Shown here piece after piece: positions 56,401 to 64,000 of a stretch of DNA of 64,000 nt (positions are counted from its first letter, which is position 1; every line of letters begins with the position of its first letter). Source of the DNA: the human T2T-CHM13v2.0 reference genome, Homo sapiens; the NCBI RefSeq assembly GCF_009914755.1, contig NC_060944.1; one strand, 5' to 3'. The notes below the pieces were generated by a model. The model made no database searches. It had not been told where the DNA came from and saw only the letters and a program-made list of their open reading frames with translations. The position numbers and the translations under genes were made by a program.

Positions 56401-59345
56401 AATGGAATGGAATCAACCCGAGTGGAATGGAATGGAATGGAATGGAATACAATGCAATGGAATGGAACCAATAAGAGTGGAATGGATTGGAATGGAATGG
56501 AGTGGAATGAAACGGAATGTAATCAACCAGAGTGGAATGGAATGGAATGGAAAGGAATGGAATGGAAGGAAGTGAAATTGTAACAATCCACGTGGAATGG
56601 AATAGAATGGAATGGAAACAAACTGAGTGGAATGGAATGGAATGGAATGGAATGGAATGGAATGGAATAGAATGGAATGGAATGCAATGGAATGGAATGA
56701 AATGTAATCATACTGTGTGGAACGGAATGGAATGGAATGGAATGGAGTCAACCCGAGTGTAATGGAATGGAATGGAATGGAATGGAATGGAATGGAATGG
56801 ATTGGAATGGAATGAAATGGAATGGAGTCAACCCGACTGGAATGGAATGGAAAGGAATGGAATGGAATGGAATGGATTGCAATGGAATCAACATGAGTGG
56901 AAGGGAAAGGAATTCAATGTAATGAAGTAGAATGGAATGGAATCAAAGCAAGTGGAATGGAAAGGATTGGTATAGAATAGAATGGAAAGGAATGGAATGG
57001 AAACATCAAGACTGGAATGTAATGCAATAGATTGGAATCGATTCGAATGGAATCCACCCGAGTGCAATGAAATGGAATGGAATGGAAAGGAAACAACAAG
57101 AGTGGAATGGAATGGAATGGAATGGAATGGAATGGAATCGAATGGATTGGAATGGAATGGAATCGAATGGAATCAACCTGAGTGGAATGGAATGGATTGG
57201 AATGGAATCGAATGGAATGAACCCGATTGTAATGGAATGGAATGGAAAGGAATGGAATGGAATGGAATGGAATGGAATGGAATGGATTGGATTCAACCCG
57301 AGGGGAATGGAATGGAATGGAGTGGAAAGGAATGGAATGGAATGGAATGGAATGGAATGTTATCAAATTGTGTGGAATGGAACAGAATGGAATGGAATTG
57401 ACTGGAATCAAACCGAGTAGAATGTAAAGGAATGGAATGGAACTTTATTAAACAGAGTGTAATGGAATGGAATGTAACGGATTGTAATCGAGTGGAATGG
57501 AATGGAATGGAATCAAACCGAGTGGAATGCAATGGAATGGTTTGGAATGGAATGGAATGGTATTGAATGGAATTACCCCGAGTGAAATGGCATGGAAAGG
57601 AATGGAATACAATTTAATGGAATGGAATGGAATCAACCCGAGTGGAATGGAATGGAATGGAATGGAATACAATGCAATGGAATGGAACCAATAAGAGTGG
57701 AATGGATTGGAATGGAATGGAGTGGAATGAAACGGAATGGAATCAACCAGAGTGGAATGGAATGGAATGGAAAGGAATGGAATGGAATGAAGTGAAATTG
57801 TAACAATCCACGTGGAATGGAATAGAATGGAATGGAAACAAACTGAGTGGAATGGAATGGAATGGAATGGAATGGAATGGAATGGAATGGAATGCAATGG
57901 AATGGAATCAACTCGAATGGAATTGAATGGAATGGATTGGAATGGAAACAAACCATTTGGAATGGAATGGCATGGATTGGAATGGAATGGAATGGATTGG
58001 AATGGAATGGAATGGAATTGAATGGAATTACCCCGAGTGAAATGGCATGGAAAGGAACGGAATACAATTTAATGGAATGGAATGGAATCAACCCGAGTGG
58101 AATGGAATGGAATGGAATGGAATACAATGCAATGGAATGGAACCAATAAGAGTGGAATGGATTGGAATGGAATGGAGTGGAATGAAACGGAATGGAATCA
58201 ACCAGAGTGGAATGGAATGGAATGGAATAGAATGGAATGGAATGAAATGAAACTGAAACAATCCGCGTGGAATGGAATAGAACGGAATGCAAACAAACTG
58301 AGTGGAATGGAATGGAATGGAATGGAATGCAGTGGAATGGAATGGAATGGAATGGAATCAACTCGAATGGAATTGAATGGAATGGATTGGAATGGAAACA
58401 AACCGTTTGGAATGGAATGGAATGGATTGGAATGGAATGGAATGGATTGGAATGGAATGCAATGGAATGGAATGGAGTCAACCTGAGTGGAATGGAATGG
58501 ATTGGAATGGAATGGAATGGAATGGAATAGAATGAAATGAACCCGATTGGAATGGGATGGAATGGAATGGAATGGAATGGAAAGGAATGGAATGGCATGG
58601 AATAAACCGGACTGCAATGGAATGGAATGGAATGGAATCCACCCGAGTGCAATGGAACGGAATGCAATGGTATGGATTGGAATGGAATAAACAAGAGTGG
58701 ATTGGAACGGAATGGAATGCAATGGAATGGAATGGAATGGAGTGGAATGGAATGGAATGGAATGAAATGGAATGGAATGGAATGGATGGAATGGAATCAA
58801 CCTGAGTGGAATGGAATGGAATGGAATGGTAAGGAATCAAACCAAGTGGAATGGAAAGGAATCGAATGGAATGCAATGGAACGGAATCAACCCAAGTGGA
58901 AAGGAATGGAATGGAATGGATTCGAATGGAATGGAATGGAATGCAGTCAACCCGAGTGGAATGGTGTGGAATCTCATGGAATGGAATGCAATCAACCCAA
59001 CTGGAATTGAATGCAAAGGAATGTAATGGAATGGAATGGAATCAACACGAGTGGAATGCAATGGAATGGAATGGAATGGAATGGAATGGAATGGAATGGA
59101 ATGGAATGGAATGAAATGTAATCATACTGTGTGGAACGGAATGGAATGGACTGGAATGGAATAAATCTGACTGGTATTGAAAGGAATATGTTGGAATAGA
59201 ATGGAATGGATTGGAATGGAATGCAATGGAATGGAATGGAATGGAATGGAATGGAATGGAATGGAATGGAATGGAATAGAATGGAATGAAATCAACCTGA
59301 GTGGAATGGAATGAAATGGAATGGAAAGGAATCAAAACAAGTGGA
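29451..59345 (+). repeat. Super-unit copy 2 (~29.9 kb because it carries one extra ~7.15 kb unit)
   Basis: Collinear with copy 1 at ~22.8 kb offset up to ~48.2 kb. Private variants of 25.8-28.1 kb then reappear at 55.7-58.0 kb (~29.9 kb offset). Confidence 0.8.
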
Positions 59346-62300
59346 ATGGAAACGATTCGAATGGAATGCAATGGAATGGAATTAACCCAAGTGGAAAGGA
59401 ATGGAATGGAATGGATTCGAATGGAATGGAATGGAATGCAGTCAACCCGAGTGGAATGGTATGGAATCTCATGGAATGGAATGCAATCAAATCAACTGGA
59501 ATTGAATGCAAAGGAATGGAATGGAATGGAATGGAATCAACACGAGTGGAATGCAATGGAATGGAATGGAATGGAATGAAATGTAATCATACTGTGTGGA
59601 ATGGAATGGAATGGAATGGAATGGAGTCAACCTGAGTGGAATGGAATGGAATGGAATGGAATGGAATGGAATGGATTGGAATGGAATGAAATGGAATGGA
59701 GTCAACCCGAATGGAATGGAATGGAAAGGTATCAACCCGACTGGAATGGAATGGAAAGGAATGGAATGGAATGGAATGGATTGCAATGGAATCAAAATGA
59801 GTGGAAGGGAAAGGAATTGAATGTAATGAAGTAGAATGGAATGGAATCAAAGCAAGTGGAATGGAAAGGATTGGTATAGAATAGAATGGAAAGGAATGGA
59901 ATGGAAACATCAAGACTGGAATGTAATGAAATAGATTGGAATCGATTGGAATGGAATCCACCCGAGTGCAATGAAATGGAATGGAATGGAATGGAAATAA
60001 CACGAGTGGAATGGAATGGAATGGAATAGAATGGAATGGAAACAAACTGAGTGGAATGGAATGGAATTGAATGGAATTGAATTGAATGGAATGGAATGGA
60101 ATGGAATCAACTCGAATGGAATTGAATGGAATGGATTGGAATGGAATGGAATGTATTGGAATGGAATGGAATGGAATGGAATCAAACTGAGTGGAATGGA
60201 ATGGATTGGAATGGAATGGAATGGAATGGAATGAAATGAAATCAACCATATTGGAATGGGATGGAATGGAATGGAATGGATTCGAAAGGAATGGAATGGC
60301 ATGGAATCAACCGGACTGAAATGGAATGCAATGGAATGGAATGGAATGGAATGGAATGGAATGGAATGGATGGAATGGAATCTACCCGAGTTGAATGTAA
60401 TGGAATCGAAAGCAATGGAATTCAATGGAATGGAATGGAATGGAATGGAATGGAATGGAATGGAATGGAATGGAATGGAATCAAACCAAGTAGAATGAAA
60501 TGGAAAGGAATGGATTGGAATCAAATGGAAAGGAATGGAATGGAAGCAAGCCGAGTGGAAGGAAATGGAATCGATTGGAACGGTATGGAATGGAATCCAC
60601 CCGAGTGCAATGGAACGGAATGCAATGGTATGGATTGGAATGGAATAAACAAGAGTGGATTGGAACGGAATGGAATGGAGTGGAATGGAGTGGAATGGAA
60701 TCTAATCCACCCGAGTGGAATGGAATGGAATTGAATGGAATACAATGCAATGGAATGGAACCAATAAGAGTGGAATGGATTGGAATGGAATGGAGTGGAA
60801 TGAAACGGAATGGAATCAACCAGAGTGGAATAGAATGGAATGGAATGGAATGGAATGGAATGGAATGGAATGGAATGGAATGGAATGGAATCAAACCAAG
60901 TAGAATGAAATGGAAAGGAATGGATTGGAATCGAATGGAAAGGAATGGAATGGAAGCAAGCCGAATGGAAGGAAATGGAATCGATTGGATTGGAATGGAA
61001 TGGAATGGAATCCACCCGAGTGCAATGGAACGGAATGCAATGGTATGGATTGGAATGGAATAAACAAGAGTGGATTGGAACGGAATGGAGTGGAATGGAG
61101 TGGAATGGAATGGAATCCACCCGAGTGGAATGGAACGGAATGGAATGGAATACAATGCAATGGAATGGAACCAATAAGAGTGGAATGGATTGGAATGGAA
61201 TGCAGTGGAATGAAACGAAATGGAATCAACCACAGTGGAATGGAATGGAATGGAATGGAATGGAATGGAATGGAATGGAATGGAATGGAATGAAATGAAA
61301 TTGAAACAATCCGCGTGGAATGGAATAGAATGGAATGGAAAAAAACTGAGTGGAATGGAATGGAATGGAATGGAATGGAATGGAATGGAATCAACCAGAA
61401 TGGAATTCAATGGAATGGATTGGAATGGAAACAAACCGTTTGGAACCCAATGGAATGGATTGGAATGGAATGGAATGGATTGGAATGGAATGGAATGGAA
61501 TGGAAACAAACCGTTTGGAATGGAATGGAATGGATTGGAATGGAATGGAATGGAATGGATTGGAATGGAATGGAATGCAATGGAATCAACCTGAGTGGAA
61601 TGGAATGGATTGGAAAGGAATGGAATGGAATGGAAAGGAATGGAATGAAATGAACACGATTGGAATGGGACGGAATGGAATGGAATGAAATGGAAAGGAA
61701 TGGAATGGCATGGAATCAACCGGACTGCAATGGAATGGAATGGAATGGAATGGAATGGAATGGAATGGATGGAATGGAATCAACCTGAGTGGAATGGAAT
61801 GGAATGGAATGGTAAGGAATCAAACCAAGTGGAATGGAAAGGAATCGAATGGAATGCAATGGAACGGAATCAACCCAAGTGGAAAGGAATGGAATGGAAT
61901 GGATTCGAATGGAATGGAATGGAATGCAGTCAACCCGAGTGGAATGGTGTGGAATCTCATGGAATGGAATGCAATCAACCGAACTGGAATTGAATGCAAA
62001 GGAATGTAATGGAATGGAATGGAATCAACACGAGTGGAATGCAATGTAATGGAATGGAATGGAATGGAATGGAATGGAATGGAATGGAATGAAATGTAAT
62101 CATACTGTGTGGAACGGAATGGAATGGACTGGAATGGAATAAATCCGACTGGTATTGAAAGGAATATGTTGGAATAGAATGGAATGGATTGGAATGGAAT
62201 GCAATGGAACGGAATGGAATGGAATGGAATGGAATGGAATGGAATGAAATCAACCTGAGTGGAATGGAATGGAATGGAATGGAAAGGAATCAAACCAAGT

Positions 62301-64000
62301 GGAATGGAAACGAATCGAATGGAATGCAATGGAATGGAATTAACCCAAGTGGAAAGGAATGGAATGGAATGGATATGAATGGAATGGAATGGAATGCAGT
62401 CAACCCGAGTGGAATGGTATGGAATCTCATGGAATGGAATGCAATCAAATCAACTGGAATTGAATGCAAAGGAATGTAATGGAATGGAATGGAATCAACA
62501 CGAGTGGAATGCAATGGAATGGAATGGAATGGAATGACATGTAATCATACTGTGTGGAATGGAATGGAATGGAACGGAGTCAACCTGAGTGGAATGGAAT
62601 GGAATGGAATGGAATGGAATGGAATGGAATGGAATGCAATGGAATGGATTGGAATGGAAAGAAATGGAATGGAGTCAACACGAATGGAATGGAATGGAAA
62701 GGTATCAACCCGACTGGAATGGAATGGAAAGGAATGGAATGGAATGGAATGGATTGCATTGGAATCAACATGAGTGGAAGGGAAAGGAATTGAATGTAAT
62801 GAAGTAGAATGGAATGGAATCAAAGCAAGTGGAATGGAAAGGATTGCTATAGAATAGAATGGAAAGGAATGGAATGGAAACATCAAGACTGGAATGTAAT
62901 GCAATAGATTGGAATCGATTGGAATGGAATCCACCCGAGTGCAATGAAATGGAATGGAATGGAATGGAAATAACACTAGTGGAATGGAATGGAATGGAAT
63001 GGAATGGATTGGAATGGAATGGAATCGAATGGAATCAACCTGAGTGGATTGGAATGGATTGGAATGGAATGGAATGAACCCGATTGTAATGGAATGGAAT
63101 GGAATGGAATGGAATGGATTGGATTCAACCCGAGGGGAATGGAATGGAATGGAGTGGAATGGAATGGAATGGAATGGAATGAAATGGAATGGAATGTTAC
63201 CAAATTGTGTGGAATGGAACAGAATGGAATGGAATTGACTGGAATCAAACCGAGTAGAATGTAAAGGAATGGAATGGAACGTTAATAAACAGAGTGTAAT
63301 GGAATGGAATGTAACGGATTGTAATCGAATGGAATGGAATGGAATGGAATCAAAGCGAGTGGAATGCAATGGAATGGTTTGGAATGGAATGGAATGGAAT
63401 TGAATGGAATTACCCCGAGTGAAATGGCATGGAAAGGAACGGAATACAATTTAATGGAATGGAATGGAATCAACCCGAGTGGAATGGAATGGAATGGAAT
63501 GGAATACAATGCAATGGAATGGAACCAATAAGAGTGGAATGGATTGGAATGGAATGGAGTGGAATGAAACGGAATGGAATCAACCAGAGTGGAATGGAAT
63601 GGAATGGAAAGGAATGGAATGGAAGGAAGTGAAATTGTAACAATCCACGTGGAATGGAATAGAATGGAATGGAAACAAACTGAGTGGAATGGAATGGAAT
63701 GGAATGGAATGGAATGCAATGGAATGGAATGAAATGTAATCATACTGTGTGGAACGGAATGGAATGGAATGGAATGGAGTCAACCCGAGTGGAATGGAAT
63801 GGAATGGAATGGAATGGAATGGAATGGAATGGAATGGAATGGAATGGATTGGAATGGAATGAAATGGAATGGAGTCAACCCGACTGGAATGGAATGGAAA
63901 GGAATGGAATGGAATGGAATGGATTGCAATGGAATCAACATGAGTGGAAGGGAAAGGAATTCAATGTAATGAAGTAGAATGGAATGGAATCAAAGCAAGT
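38527..64000 (+). repeat. ~7.1 kb three-monomer higher-order repeat, second block (~3.6 copies, runs off the window)
   Basis: Units start at 38527, 45609, 52751 and 59848. ACTAGT occurs at 41614, 48771, 55898 and 62975 (spacings 7157, 7127, 7077). Confidence 0.92.

Larger units (their letters stand above)
1..64000 (+). repeat. Human/primate Satellite III (HSat3) array, (GGAAT)n with interspersed CAACCCGAGT-type decamers; G-rich strand is + throughout
   Basis: GGAAT pentamer dominates end to end. The recurrent CAACCCGAGT/CAACCTGAGT/CAACACGAGT decamers are the classical Satellite III signature (reverse complement ACTCGGGTTG). There is no HSat2-type CATTCGATTC backbone and no strand switch. Chromosome and subfamily cannot be fixed from sequence alone. 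Confidence 0.97.
3..64000 (+). repeat. Variable-length monomers (0.67-3.0 kb) built from an ordered set of variant modules
   Basis: Anchor CAAAGCAAGT(...AACATCAAGACT) recurs at about 3, 2356, 5204, 7164, 10203, 12448, 13113, 15736, 18674, 19869, 22818, 25816, 27026, 29985, 33009, 35239, 35904, 38527, 41460, 42665, 45609, 48617, 49812, 52751, 55744, 56944, 59848, 62821 and 63991 (CAAAGCAAAT variant at 25816 and 55744). The simplest complete monomer is 5204-7163 (~1.96 kb). Confidence 0.9.

Noticed and set aside
1-64000. CRISPR-like repeat/spacer reading of decamers and intervening sequence
   Set aside because: The intervening sequence is GGAAT of variable length, not unique spacers. There are no cas genes or leader.
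1-64000. HSat2, alpha satellite or telomeric repeat
   Set aside because: There is no CATTCGATTC-dominated pattern, no 171 bp monomer and no TTAGGG tract.
1-64000. Alu/L1 insertion, unique-sequence island or inversion
   Set aside because: I saw no poly-A tail, no non-satellite segment and no switch to (ATTCC)n on the + strand.
1-64000. Assignment to a specific chromosome or HSat3 subfamily
   Set aside because: This needs k-mer comparison with reference arrays and cannot be supported by eye.

Overview
The whole 64 kb window is one uninterrupted, single-orientation array of primate (most likely human) classical Satellite III (HSat3). It is (GGAAT)n punctuated by the decamer CAACCCGAGT and its derivatives. 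I see no genes, RNA genes or transposon insertions, and every ORF in the track is a by-product of the pentamer (MEWNG/IPFHS frames). The real information is a nested higher-order architecture readable from rare variant motifs. Pentamers build ordered modules that form ~0.7-3.0 kb monomers (anchor CAAAGCAAGT, 29 copies). These group into an older ~5 kb dimer duplication (2.4-12.4 kb) and a ~7.1 kb trimer HOR. A near-identical ~22.8 kb tandem duplication has a junction that maps to 29445-29459, and its second copy carries an extra chimeric 7.1 kb unit. The array keeps a near-strict 5-bp register, shows CpG-decay variant series, and is densely tiled with TEAD-type (CATTCC) and other candidate transcription factor motifs. 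I found no protein-coding system. Coordinates were counted by eye and may be off by a few bases.
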